From: Dendrobates tinctorius
Lineage: Eukaryota
Direction of reading: 5' to 3'
Length of the DNA stretch: 64,000 nucleotides
Assembly: GCF_039654945.1 (NCBI RefSeq)
Contig: NW_027361704.1
Location: 13,516,001-13,580,000 of the forward strand
A program made the translations under genes and the position numbers. Each line of letters starts with the position of its first letter. The stretch's first letter is position 1. Positions 35,201 to 48,484 of the stretch are shown piece by piece. The notes below the pieces were generated by a model, which searched no databases, was not told where the DNA came from, and saw only the letters and a program-made list of their open reading frames with translations.

Positions 35201-36079
35201 TGAGGATGTCTATGCCAGAAAGTTACTGTGTCACAATCTCGAGGTGGACCCTAGAGTGGACACTCTGGGTCGTGATACCAGAGCTCCTGAGGGCGAGCGG
35301 ACCAAGTGTAACCACCCCCAATACAGGGAGTGTCAGGAGCAAGCCCAAGGGAGATAGAACCACACCAGCTGGTACCAAAAGGGCAACTCAAGGAAATACA
35401 AGAGATTAACGTAGAGGAACAAAGAGGGGTACAAGGGACACCGGGACGTGAAGTGTGGAGCACAGAAATGGGAACTGCAGAGACAGAGCAGGATCAGATG
35501 GAACGGGAGCCAGCGAGGTGGTAATATGTGGTCTGGTCATGGTGCAGTGGTATTTGTTCCTTGTATGTGATACTATTCAGTCACTGTGGTGGTAATATGT
35601 GGTCTGGACATGGTGTGGCGGTATTTGTTCCTTGTATGTGGTATTATAGGTCACTATGTGGTGGTAATATTGTGTCTGGTCATGGTGCAGTGGTGTTTGC
35701 CACTTGCATGTGATATCATAGGTCATTTTAAAAATTGAAAAACAAAAAAAAAAAAAAAAAACCTAAATTGTATTGCATATTTTATCAAATGTTTAATAGG
35801 TTACAGTAGAGTAGAGCTCAGCCAAAAGAGTCTACAGTGTTGTGGTGGTGGCTAAAAATAACTTTTGGCCAAAACAAAAGCTTCTGGCTATATGTGTGAT
35901 CTGGTGATGGGAACTGTTAATGTGCGATTGGTGAGAAGTGGAGTTTTTCCAAGAAAGAGTGGTGGGACTGTGGACAGTTTGAGGGGTGTAGGCTAGGGGC
36001 TGGGGTGGAGTCTCAAGTGGGCCCCAAAAATTTTGCCGGTATGGGGCCCCGAAATTCCTAGTGGCAGCCCTGATGGAAT

Positions 36080-36748
36080 CCACAATCTACTCCAGCTCAA
36101 GTTGTACTCCAGAATTCAATTGGTGGTCCTTTCCTTTTGAACTCTGCTGTGTGCCCAAACAGTAGTTTACCACTACATATGGGGTATCTGTGTACCATTC
36201 CTTTTCTCTTGTTACCATCGAGAAAATGAAAACTTTGGGGCTAAATCAACAGTTTTGTGGGGAAATAAAATATTTTTTCATTTTAACGGCCCCATATCAT
36301 AAAATTTCCGCATTTTTAGGTACATCACGGGCTGTGCAATCGCAACATGGCTTCTACCTTCTATTCCAGCAAATTTTATGCTCCAAAAGTCAAATATTTC
36401 TCCTTCTCTTCCGAGCCCTGCTGTGCACCCAAACAGTAGTTTATCACCACATATGGGTGTCTGTGTACTTAAGAGACATTGCACAACAAATTGCACTGTC
36501 CATTTTCTCATCTTACAGTTGTTAAAGTGAAACATTTGGTTTTTAAACTATCTGGTTTAAGGGCATAAAACTCAAAGTGAGAAAATCGAAAAAATTTCAA
36601 ATTTTTGCCAAACTTTTGGGTATTTTCAGAAATAAACCCAAAACATATTGACCAAAATTTTCCATTATATTTTGCCGCTTTCCAGAGTTATTATTTCCTA
36701 AAATGATACTGGTCAGGATTGTAAAATTTATCTTAGTCAAGAAGGTAA
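36080..36748. repeat. Non-autonomous DNA-transposon fragment (piggyBac/Kolobok-like); related pieces at ~19920-20270 and 45955-47735
   Basis: Recurrent aaacagtagttta..accacatatggg motif and a degenerate gaaggggttaa-like end. Confidence 0.45.
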
Positions 36749-36759
36749 AAACAGGCTCG

Positions 36760-39700
36760 TGCCTTGGGTCCTGCTCCTTCACTAACAATTTGTCTGGTAC
36801 CACAAGCCCTACTTGATTGCTGTAATCCACCCTCCCATGGCACCCATGCAACGACAGTCAGGAACTTAGAGATATTGTTATCCCTTACGTATCCTCCTCT
36901 GCTTCCACCTCTTCCTCTGGGATCACCATCTCCTCACACAGACTTTTCAAAGTGTGCTCCAGCATGTAGATGACTGGAATAGTAATACTTATGATGGAAT
37001 CTTCAGCACTAACCATCTTAGTAGGCATTTTGAATCTGTGCAGAAGTGTGCAGAGGTCCTTTATCTGTGCCCACTCCGCAAGTGTGATTTTTCATCACGT
37101 CTGTACTGCGTTGGCAAAGGCTATGCCAAAGGACATACTGCAGTAGGGTTTGTCACTGCAACATTGCAGAATGGAATGCCACTGTTTTGGCACATCACAT
37201 GTTAAACGGTAGGCCGAAAGATCTCTGCAATGATGTAAGTCGATGACCTGCGGGGAGCGAACGGCGGAAATGAATACACAGAGACTGTACTTTCTGTAGC
37301 AGCGCATCCAAGCTGGGATAGTGGCAGAGAAATTGCTGTACCACCAGGTTGAGGACATGAGCCATACAAGGCATGTGTGTGAGGGTGAGGTGCGATAACG
37401 GGGGGGGGGGGCAACATGGCCTTTCCTGGCTCCAGGTTCAGTGTAGACAGTTATTGCTTACACTTGGCCTGGATAACTGTCCACAACTCTTGAGTCGTGA
37501 TTGCCATCTCCAAGGCTTATTAATTTAAACACTGTCTGATTGCGGTGAGCCCAGGCTGCGTAGTACGGAGATGGGGGGATTCTCTCAGCACTATTGAAAC
37601 ACATGTCTCATTAAGGGAGAGTTTGAGGGCACAGGTGGAGGAGGCAGAAGCATTGGAGGAAGTGTTAGATACATAGGTTTGTCTCGCAAGCATTGGGGAT
37701 TCCAAGTCTTGTGGAGCAGCACCTTGACCACCTGCCCCCTCAGCCATCAGAGTCACCTAGTGCCCAGTCAGTGAGATGAAATACCCCTGACCATGTTTGC
37801 TTGTCCAGTTGTCAGTGGTGAAATGCACCCTGGCAGACATAGATTTTTGCGGGGAAAGGGTGATGCTGTCTGCGACATGCTGGTGTAGCGCAGTCACAAC
37901 TTTATTAGAGCAGTAATGGCTAATGGGCAGCTGGTACTGTGGGTCTGTGATGGCCATCAACTTTTGGAAACTATCCATATCCACTAGGCGGAAAGGCAAC
38001 ATTTCCATTCTAACAGATTAGAGATATTGGAGTTCAAACTCTTAGCTTTGGCATGTGTGGGAGTAAACATTATTTTATGTGACTATAACTGCGGAACCGA
38101 GTGCAGGATGCTGTGGTGAGTGAGGGGAAGAGAGTGGGCTGGACAGCACAAACTGCTGGATTGTGAGTGAGGTGCAGAAGTTGATGTTATGGTGGAGTGA
38201 GAAACATGTGTTGTGCTAGGTGACACAAAAAGGGCAGGAATCTCCACTTCTATAACAGCTGATGGATCTCACTCACCTCGACTGTAGCGGGTAAACAAAT
38301 GGATTTTTGGGGGCCAGAGACCTGTGTGAGAACACTTGAAGCAGTGACTGGGGAGGAAAAGCAGCAGATGTGATTGATGGGACGGCTTATGGTTGAGAAG
38401 GCCCACTATTCAGCATTTTAGCATAGTGAGATTCCCAGATTAAGGCATGTTGATTGTGCATGGGCTGGTTCATGCAAGTATTTGTCAAATTATTGCAATT
38501 TTTGCCTCTACTGAGTTTTATTTTACAAATTTGGCAGATAACATGAGTTGGGTCATACTTTGTGGTCTCAAAAAAGGCCCAGGCTAGGCAGTAGTTAACC
38601 CTTGCTGCCCCTGTGAACTGCACACTTGCGACTGGTGCGGGCCAGAGCCAGAGTTGTGGCCGAGGATGCAGCGCTTGCCATGGTTGCGTCACTCCGTGTC
38701 TGCGCGGGAAGCAATAATGTCAACCCCACATCTTCTTCCTCCTCCATGTCCTCTGCTGAGCTACTCAGCTGCATACCTCTGGTTTCACACCAAGTGGGAT
38801 CTGAAACCTAATTGTCATCCTCTATTCTTTCACTCCTCACCCTCCTCCTCTTCCTGCCCTGACAGCACAGTACAGTCTGCTTGTGCCTCTGGTATCTGAG
38901 TCTCATCGGGATCACCTCCACCCCACGTGGTTAACGTCTGGTGATGAGGTTCTGTACTCTGCTCGGACCCTACTTCGTCCGGTCCTGGATCCAACAAGGA
39001 AAAATGTTATTTTTGGCATTGGTGCAGATACTTTCCTCCTCTGGATTCTCTGAATCTTTGGAGCAGACTGCTGATGCCCATGGAATAGAATGTGTGAACA
39101 GCTCTGCAGAATGACCCATAAGTGGTTCCCCACACTTAGTTTGGAAATTTGTGACGTGGTGGAATCAAGAGTAATTAGGGTGCCACCTCTGAGGATTGTA
39201 CTGTGTGTGATGTCAAGATGGAGGAAAAGGAGGAGAGGCCACTTGATGCAGTGCTTACCATCCACTTGAGCACATGCTCTTTCTGACCCACATCTACAAG
39301 GCATACCACTGTGCAGCTGCCAAAGAAAGGAAGTAGAGTAGCTTGTTCAGTAACAGATGTTGTCAGTAGTCTTTGGATAGTATGAGATTGTGTTTGTTAA
39401 GTTGAGATTTCATTAACATTATATTAGCACCATGCTGGAGTCCTGCTTTGACAGGTGTCTCTTCACTCACCCAATGCGGCGGTCAGTTCTTTCCTTCCCC
39501 ATGCTCTGCATGCTTCCATCCGGTCCTCTAACCATGTCCTTAGGGCACACGCGCGTGCACTCCCACCCTCTTAAAGGGTGAGCGCTTGCACTTGCCATTT
39601 CCTCCCCAGCCAAAAGCTGTGTGACATTATGTATATATTGCTTCCTCCCCACTGGGGAGGTGCCTGAGCAACCTTCGTGTTTCGCAGTCTAAGCTGCCTG

Positions 39701-41325
39701 CTGCACTCTAATGCAGACCCTGCCTGCTGCACTCTATTGCAGATAATGCCTGCTGCACTCTAATGCAGACCCTGCCTGCTGCACTCTAATGCAGACCCTG
39801 CCTGCTGCACTCTAATGCAGACCCTGCCTGCTGCACTCTAATGCAGACCCTGCCTGCTGCACTCTAATGCAGACCCTGCCTGCTGCACTCTAATGCAGAC
39901 CCTGCCTGCTGCACTCTAATGCAGACCCTGCCTGCTGCACTCTAATGCAGACCCTGCCTGCTGCACTCTAATGCAGACCCTGCCTGCTGCACTCTAATGC
40001 AGACCCTGCCTGCTGCACTCTAATGCAGACCCTGCCTGCTGCACTCTAATGCAGACCCTGCCTGCTGCACTCTAATGCAGACCCTGCCTGCTGCACTCTA
40101 ATGCAGACCCTGCCTGCTGCACTTTGATACAAACACTGCATGCTGCACTCATGTGCGAACTCTGTCTGCTGCACTCTGATACGAACTTTGCTGCATTCTA
40201 ATACAAACCCTGCCAGCCGCTCCCTTTAGTTTGTCCTCTGGGTCCAGCTGCTTCTGGTCCGTTGGTCTCTCCTGGAGTGGCAACTGGCATTCATGTCAAA
40301 CCTCACCATCAGAGGCTCTAGTGAACAGTCAGGTGTTTGCTTAGTCACGCCCCTCCATGATCTGTGGTGCAGTGGATCCACAAACAATGTCCGTGACACA
40401 TTAAACCTCAATCCTATTCCCTCTTCCACCAGGATGTAATTTTTTCCCACTCACCCTTCCCTTCTTGTAACCTGCTGTTTCACAACCTTAGGCCCACACC
40501 TGTCAGTCACCTGGCACTAAAGGAATAGTAAGTATTTATTTTCTAAGATCGTGTGCCTGAACACTCTTATACCTAACTATTTTGATGAGCAAATGTGGCC
40601 TCCTGAATCCTCACTGCAACAAAGTTTTGTCCCAAACGATTTGGATTAGCGATTACGGCATCCTGGCTGAACCTCTATATTAGGCCTAACTATTTTTAAG
40701 AAGAAATCTGGCCTTCTGATTTGACTACAACAGTTTTTGCCCAAACAATTTTGATTAGCAAATGGGTACTCCTGAGACAGCAACACAGTTTTAGCGTAAT
40801 CTAGTTAGATGCTGGAAGATGCATTACACACAGGACAGGATCCTATCTAGCTAACTGACAAGTTCACTTTCAGCAGCCGTAGCAGCTTCTCTACACTGTG
40901 ACACTGAGAAAAAGGTGACAGCAAAACAAGATGTCCGCTTATATGGACAGGGTCATGTGACTTAGGCAGCCAATCACAGTATACCGTGTGTAATGATGTT
41001 GTGGATGCTTTCTGCGCCCTGATTAGCTGCAGGAATGTACACAGTTAAGAAAAATAAACACATTTAAAAAACAGTCCACCTTCTAACCTCTCCACACCCC
41101 CTACCCTCATCAAACACATCCCCCCAGCTGATCATACGGCACCACTATCCTAGCCAATGTCCTAATAAAAGCATTAGTGGAAAAGCGATGATTTACCAAA
41201 CTATGACCGAATTTTGCCGACTTTGAGTACAAATGCTTGTAGAAGTGAATGCAAATCCGAATGTGCTACATTCGTACCGAATTTGAGATTGGCAAAGCTT
41301 TTCCAAACAAGTTCGCTCATCTCTA
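36760..41325 (-). mobile_element. Older, decayed hAT element (hAT-3) with transposase remnants
   Basis: BED finger AWAFFE...ICQICKIKLSRG, VHFTTDNWTS, CDVPKQWHS. The 5' TIR gttcgctcatctcta ends at 41325. Confidence 0.8.
39695..40215. repeat. 26-bp minisatellite (cctgcctgctgcactctaatgcagac)n inside an LTR-like insert (~39455-40398)
   Basis: About 14 near-perfect units followed by degenerate ones. The host ends in ...agtggatccac...gtgaca, an LTR-like 3' end. Confidence 0.9.
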
Positions 41326-41485
41326 ATCCTCATGATAGGTTAATTATTTTTTTAAAGGTTGAGGTGCAGCTTGTTGTAAAACAACAAACTGAGTTTAACT
41401 CAACATTGCCAGGTCCAGCATTGAGTCTAAAGCTATTGTGTACAGTGTTGATGTCACCATCACTGATTGTGGAAACTTCACACTA

Positions 41486-41670
41486 GACCTTGGAAATTAA
41501 GGTCCAAAATTCTGGAGGAAGAGGGCAGAGACAGACAATCCAAGCTGCTTGAAGTCTAGTGTGAAGTTAGCACATCCAGTGATGGTTTGGTGAGCCATGT
41601 CATCTGCTGGTGTAGGTCCACTGTGGTTTATCATGACCAAAGTCAGCGCATCCGTCTAACAGGAAATTTG
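41486..41670 (+). mobile_element. Tc1 transposase fragment (same family as 20274-23060)
   Basis: VMVW.AMSSAGVGPL and gtcta.caggaaatt motifs. Confidence 0.65.
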
Positions 41671-41779
41671 CAGTTTAATTTTGATTTTAATATGGAAATG
41701 TGTTTTTTTATTACTATTTTGAAAAAATAAGAAAACATTGTATATACTTTCAAAATTTCTTCTACTTCAATTGTTCTGC

Positions 41780-42774
41780 AAAGTGACCTCCAGCAGGCCA
41801 CTAACATCCATTTTTCTGCTTAAACTGTCAGAAGCAGACTCCATAGGGGGGTATGAGGGTTTGATGTCCACAAATGGGTGTTGAGCCTACAGCCCAACAC
41901 CATGCAGGGTGACTGGCTTTTGCCAGAAAATAGCAAGATTGGCAGATTCGACATTGGTGCCCTGCGCTCTTTACATTGAGCACATATGACAGATATAATA
42001 GTCTGGAGACGCTGTGGAGAACGTTATGCTGCCTGCAACATCCTTCAGCATGACCTATTTGGCAATGGGTCAGTAATGGTGTGGGGAGTCATTTCTTTGG
42101 AGGACTGCACATCCTTCCATGTGCTAGCTAGAGGCATTATGACTGCCATTAGGTACCGGGATGAGCTTCTCAGACCCCTTGTGAGACCATGTTCAGGTGC
42201 ACTGGGTTCCTTCTGATGCATGACAATTCTAGGCCTCATGTCGCTGGAGTGTGTCAGCAGTTCCTGCATGATGAAGGCATTGATGCTATGGACTGGCTTG
42301 GTCATTCCCCAGAACTAAATCCAATTAAGCACATCATGTCTCGTTCCATTCACCAATGCCACGTTGCGCCACAGACTGTCCAAGAGCTGACTGATGCTTT
42401 AATCCAGGACTGGTAGGAGGAGATCTCTCAGGAGAACATTTGTTGCATCATCAGGAGCAAGCCAAGGTATTGTAGGGAGGTCATAGAGGTACGTGGAAGT
42501 CACACATACTACTGAGCATCATTTCCTTGTCATGAGGCATTTCCACTGGAGTTGGATCAGCCTGTAGTTTGATTTTCCACTTTGATTTTGAGTTTCATTC
42601 CAAATGCAGACCTTCATGGGATATTAATTTTTTATTTACATTCATCATTTTTGTGTTTTATTGTTCTCAATGCATTCCACTATGTAATGAATAAAGATCT
42701 GCAACTGGAATATTTCATTAAGTGATATCTAGGATGTACTATTTTAGTGCTGCCTTTATTTTTTTGAGCAGGGT
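41780..42774 (+). mobile_element. Tc1-like element, 3' part; the matching 5' end of this family is at ~53563-53850
   Basis: GSVMVWG, MHDNSRPH, SPELNPI. Terminus tttttttgagcagggta vs taccctgctcaaaaaaa. Confidence 0.8.
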
Positions 42775-42925
42775 ATATTCTGTTATAGTATTGTGGAATA
42801 CATCAGCACTATATGAGTAGTGCAAAATATTAGCCACACACATTTTTAGAAAATACAGTAGATTACAAGTAAAATATCTAATACATTTTTTTCATTAAAC
42901 GATCAAGCAAAAAAATATTCCTTAC

Positions 42926-43009
42926 CATCACAAGTCTCTAAAATGTGAACTACATTTCCAATTTGAAGAGAGATTTGTGGAAATCCTTGGCTTGTAAAAT
43001 TATAAATTG
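42926..43009 (-). CDS. dock2: DOCK2-like exon 2 (84 bp): (A)[27 protein letters not shown](G)
   Basis: ctctcag acceptor, gtaag donor, phase 1-1. Matches the DOCK2 SH3 segment AIYNF...PQLSLQIGDVV.I.ETC. Confidence 0.92.
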
Positions 43010-43713
43010 CTGAGAGAGAAAAATAAACAAATAAATTACAACTATCCAGAAATAAACTTTTTTAAATTAACTACTGTATTGATACTTCTGTAAACTATAA
43101 TAATGGCAAATCTGTACACTAAAAGTAAACCAAGTTTATAGCATTTACAGTACTGTGCAAACGTTTTAGGTAGATGTGAAAAATGCTGCAAAGTAGAATA
43201 CTAAACAAACGAAAAAAAAGGCCAGAGTATAAATTGGTATGCATGCAACAGGAGCATGTTTACATTGACCAATAAACAGGCATGGCTGGGTGTCTAAAAA
43301 TGGTCCCCAGTCCTGCTATGCCCTTAGTAATATTAATGCAGTTTTTGACACATTGTAATGTTTAAATATTAGAGAAAGTATAGGACCGTCCTGATTTGAG
43401 TACACCTTGTTGCAGTGGGATAGCTTTAACGTTTTTTTTTTTTTTTTTAATTAAAACGGTGTTTACTAAGTACTCTGTTATTTATACGCTGTGCCAGACT
43501 AAAAACATTAGCTCTCAGCTGCCCCAGAAATGGTTCATCAATATGCGGTGCCAAATCTGATGCTTAGCCTAGCATTTCCCACTTGTCCTGTTGTGTTGGC
43601 AAGTAGGGTAATAGTTGTGGAGTTGATGTCAGTTTTGGCAGCTGACATCAGAACCAGGCGTGAGTAATGGAGAAGTGTGTATAAGACACCCCCGTTAATA
43701 ACCCCAGAGTTAA

Positions 43714-44290
43714 GCTGGAGTCACACATAGCGACATACCAGCGATCCCGACAACGATATCAACATGTCAGGATCGCTGGTAAGTCGCTATGTGATCGCTG
43801 GTGAGCTGTCAAACAGACAGCTTGACCAGCGATCAGCACAGCGACGCCGAGCGCGCGGCATCGCTGTATTCGTTAGCGCTGATGCCATATCCCTGTAAAA
43901 AATAGAATTTAAATAAAAAATCTTGTTATTCTCACCTTCCGACGTCCCGGCAGCCATCCTGCCTCTCTCCACGCTCCGGTCCCAGTAATCCTTTGCGAGA
44001 ATGACCTCGAGAATGTCACGCGGTCACTCGTGCAAAGGATCACTGGGACCGAAGCGTGGAGAGAGGCAGGATGGCTGCACGGGACGTCGGAAGGTGAGAA
44101 TAACAAGATTTTTTATTTTTTTTATTTTTTACAGCTGATCGCTTGTCTCCCGCCTGTCACACGGAGCAATGCGTGCTGGCCAGTGGGAGACCAGCGATGA
44201 AAAATATGTCCAGAGGTTTCTTGCAGTGATCAGCGATATCGGCAGGGGGGCCGGTTGCTGATCGCTGTCACACACAGCGATCTCGCTGGT
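43714..44290. mobile_element. Harbinger-type MITE remnant with an internal palindrome (~43900-44120)
   Basis: taa followed by gctggagtcacacatagcga. The arms aatcttgttattctcaccttccgacgtccc / gggacgtcggaaggtgagaataacaagatt are reverse complements. Confidence 0.7.
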
Positions 44291-44499
44291 GAGAAGTGAG
44301 AAGTGCCCTAAGTGAGGTCACTGGGGTTCATCAGCTATGAACTCTGGTTAACTTTCTCACGGCAGCTCAGGTGAGTATAACTTTGATTTTTTATTTTATT
44401 TTGTGGTGAATAAATGGGTTAAAGAGGGTCAGGGAGTTTTTTTTTTCAATAAAGGAATCTGGATGTTTATTTCAATGAAAAGGCATTACTCTGTCTTTA

Positions 44500-45228
44500 G
44501 TAACAGTTTTGAAGGCTGAAGGAAGACCTTATGTCCATCTAGTTAAGCCTATTTTTAGTGCAGCTGTTCTGCATTGTTGATCCTGGGGAAGGCAAAAAAC
44601 CCACAGAGTAGAAGCCAATTTTCTCCATAGGGAAAAAAATTCCTTCCCCTAAGCTGGGTCAACCATCTACCTATAATATTATGTTATTCGTAACCTTCTA
44701 TACTGTTACTCACAAGAAAAGCATCCATTCCTTTCTTAAATTCATTCAGTGAGTTGGCCATCACCCCTTCCTCAGGAAGAGAATTCCAGAGCCTCACTGC
44801 TCTTACCGTGAAGAAAACCTCTTCTATGCTGATGCAGAAATTGTCTTTCCTCCAAACGAAGAGAATGCCCCCTTGTTCTTGTCACAGTCCTTGGTACAAA
44901 CAGTTCATTGGAGAGATCTCTGTATTGCCCTCTGATATACTTATACATATATATTAGGTCTCCCCTAAGTCTTCTCTTTTCTAGAGTAAATAGACCTAAT
45001 TTTGATAACCTTTCTGGGTATTGTAGTTAACCAGCTCCATTTATCATTTTAGTAGCCCGCCTTTGAACCCTTTCAAGTTCAGTAATGTCTTTCTTAAGCA
45101 CCGGCGTCCAAAATTGCACACAATACTCCAAGTGTGGTCTGATGAGTGATTTGTACAGAGTGAGAATTACTGTATGCTTTCATGTTTTCATCTCGTGTCC
45201 CCAGACCTCTTCTAATGCATCCCATCTT
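44500..45228 (-). mobile_element. 5'-truncated CR1 LINE
   Basis: Reverse complement of RPHLEY, RRLRGDL and VRAVRLWNSLP, followed by a CR1 3' UTR. Confidence 0.85.
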
Positions 45229-46162
45229 TAATACATTTGACGATGAGGTTAGTAGTGGGGGTGTCTTATAGGTGCCTCTCCATTTCTAACCTCTGGGCTT
45301 GATGTCAGCGGCCATAAAACAGCTGACATCAACCCCATAACTATTAACCCACTTCCCACTGCACCAGGGCAAGTGTGAAGAGTTTGGCCAAGTGCCAGAA
45401 TTGGCACATCTAATAGATGCGCCTTTTCTTGGGTGGTTGCAGGCTGTTAATTTTAGGCTGGAGAGGACCAATATCAATTGCCCCTTCCCAGTCTGAGAAT
45501 ACCAGTCCTCAGCTGTCCTCTTTAGCTTGGCTGGTTATCAAAAATGATGGGGACCAAACATCTTTTTATTTTAAAATTATTTATATAAATAATTAAAAAA
45601 ATGGCATGGGGACCTCTCTATTTTTGATAACCAGCCAAGATAAAGCTCACAGCTTGGGGCTGTCGCCCATAGCTGTTGGTTTTGCCTGCTCTGGTTATCA
45701 AAAATACATGACGGAACGCAGTGTGTTCTGGCCACTCTCAGCCATGTCGCAGCCAGTATGTGATTGCCACAGACTAGACATAACTGTGATTGAGATGGAA
45801 GTGCCCACTCAGTAAATCTTGTTGATTGACTTCACTCAAGCTTTGTTCAGACTGCCTAACCTGAACAGCAACACAGACTTTCTGGAGAAGTCCATGTTCG
45901 GGGTCCGTGCACAGACCCCGAACTTTATCATTCGGGTTCGCCTATCCCTAGTAAACAATGTAAACAAATAAGTTCAAAAATGCCAAAATTACTTTTATGG
46001 TCACTGCAATACCACAAAAAAGGCTGGAACAAGCGATCAAAAAGTCACAGCTATCCAAAAATGGTTTGATAAAAACATTGTATTGCCCTGCAAAAAATTA
46101 AGCCATCACACAGCTCCATCAGATGAAAAATACATATTTTACAGATCTTGAAAAAGGTGACA

Positions 46163-47336
46163 TGTCATGATCCAGGACGGGATTTCGCTTTGACCCGTCC
46201 TGGTTAGACTATGGGTTAATTGTGCTGCCTCTCTCTGGCAGAAGGAGGCTATTTAGTGCTCACTGGACCTGGGTCCGTTGTCCGTTATACTCCTGCCCTC
46301 AGCTGAGTTAAGTGACCTCTTGTATACGTGTGCCTTGTGCCTGATAACTTGTTGCCTGCTTGGTTGGGATCTGGTTCTGTCCCTGTTACGAGTTCTGCCT
46401 GACCCTCTTGTACTGCGCTACCTCTTGTGTATGACTCTCTGCTTGTGACCCGACTTCTCTCTGCTTGTCCCCTTGGTACCACGTCGCCCTCTTGTGTATG
46501 ACCTTTGGCTTTGTCTGACTACCCGTCTGTTTGTCCTTCCTGTACCAAGTTTGCCCGTACTGTTGTGACCTCCGTTTTGCCTGACTGAGTTGTTGTATGG
46601 TGTCCTGTCATATCTGAAAGCAGGACGCTAAGCCCCGCCCCCTTGCAGTCACATGACCATAGGTCCTGTGCCAGCTTGCTCATTTTCAGTGTCCGCAGGT
46701 CCTGTGCCTCTTTACTTTCCAGCGCTGACTGGACTCTGACACTATTAGCTTGAACGCCTGGTCACCTCTGCTGACCTGCTCCCCAGGTAACTTTTAGCAC
46801 TGCTTCTGTACTCAGGACATGCGCAGTGGCTCTATGAGCAAGCTGGCACAGGACCTATGGTCATGTGACTGCAAGGGGCGGGGCTTAGCGCCCTGCTTTC
46901 AGATATGACAGGACACCATACAACAACTCAGTCAGGCAAAACGGAGGTCACAACAGTACGGGCAAACGAGGTACAAACAGACGGGTAGTCAGACAAAGCC
47001 AAAGGTCATACACAAGAGGGCGACGTGTACCAAGGGGACAAGCAGAGAGAAGTTGGGTCACAAGCAGAGAGTCATACACAAGAGGTAGCGCAGTACAAGA
47101 GGGTCAGGCAGAACTCGTAACAGGGACAGAACCAGATCACAACCAAGCAGGCAACAAGTTATCAGGCACACATATACAAGAGGTCACTTAACTCAGCCGA
47201 GGGCAGGAGTATAACAGACACCGGACCCAGGTCCAATGAGCACTAAATAGCCTCCTTCTGCCAGAGAGAGGCAGCACAATTAACCCATAGTCTAACCAGG
47301 ACGGGTCAAAGCGAAATCCCATCCTGGATCATGAAA
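46163..47336. mobile_element. Palindromic element with ~510-bp inverted LTR-like arms and TGTCA termini
   Basis: 46163-46683 is nearly the reverse complement of 46834-47336, with a ~150-bp spacer. Confidence 0.85.
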
Positions 47337-48327
47337 ACACAACCCAAAAACATTTTTTGCCAACTTATTTTTTTCATCACTAAAATAATAAAAAAAACTG
47401 GACATGTTGGGTATCATTGTAATCATAATGATGAGGAGAATCATATTGCAAGGTAATTTTTACCACAAAATGTACAAGGCATAAACAATTCCTCAAAAAA
47501 CAATGTCAGATTTACATTTTTACATAATTTCACCAGACTTTGAATTTTTTCCCCCTTTTCCAATACACTATGTGGTAAAATGAATGAATGGTGTCATTCA
47601 AAAGTACAACTCGTCTCACCAAAATAAGCCCTCATACGTCTATGTGGGCAGAAAAGTAAAAGATTTATGGCTCTGGGAAGAAGGGAAGAATGAAACAGAA
47701 ATGAAAATATGGAAATTGGGCCCCATTGTGATGTGATTGAAAAGCTTCTCCCATGTTTGTAAGTTACACTTTATTCATAGATCTCAAGATTGCTTCAGGG
47801 AACTGTCTTCAATGGAGACTAGATACTCAATGGAGAATATACTTAACCTCCACTGCATTCCTTGTCTGACAAAGACATTGAATGGAGTCAAGGTTGAGCA
47901 AGTGGTTACAAAGCCTCCACTGGCATCACTTTGGCTTCCAGTAGGTGACCACCCAAGAATCAGAAAATGTATCTCTTATTCGATGGATAAGGGTTTAATT
48001 ACTATTTATAAATTAATCCAATAATAGAGAGCTGATTTTGTTCCCATTTGTGTATTATTACAGTTAATCTTTCATTTCAGAAAATAGACATAATATTTAC
48101 TGTAAATACTGACTCTCATTCAAACATTTTAAAACTCTATTTTCCCTAAAACTAATGGTTTTGAGAAAATAGATAATCTGTTTAGTTATGTGGGTGCATG
48201 ATTTTAACAAGAACCGACTGCACATGTTACTTTCTGATCACTGCTCTCATGACTCTGCACCAACCACATCCTTCCTGGTCTAAAAGAAAACAAAATAAAA
48301 AATGTTAGAAATCCACATTAAACTCAC

Positions 48328-48370
48328 CAACTCCATATCTCTCTTTGACAGTCCTTTGCCAGGAAGGCAT
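48328..48370 (-). CDS. dock2: DOCK2-like exon 1 coding part (43 bp): [14 protein letters not shown](A); an in-frame upstream ATG at 48379 is possible
   Basis: gtgagt donor, phase 1, joining exon 2 in frame. Resembles human DOCK2 MAPWRKADKERHGVA in sequence and length. Confidence 0.88.
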
Positions 48371-48484
48371 GCTGGACATAATTGGCCTGGAAACACAGAT
48401 GCAAAACACAGAGCTTTCAAGTGTCCTTAAAGAGTTTTGGAGGGCCAGGAAGAGTAGATTTTTGGTAGCTGTTAAGGCGCAGAT

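Noticed and set aside
30678-41325. One large hAT element between these two TIR-like ends
   Set aside because: The flanking 8-mers differ (tacatcac vs atcctcat) and the subterminal repeats belong to different families.
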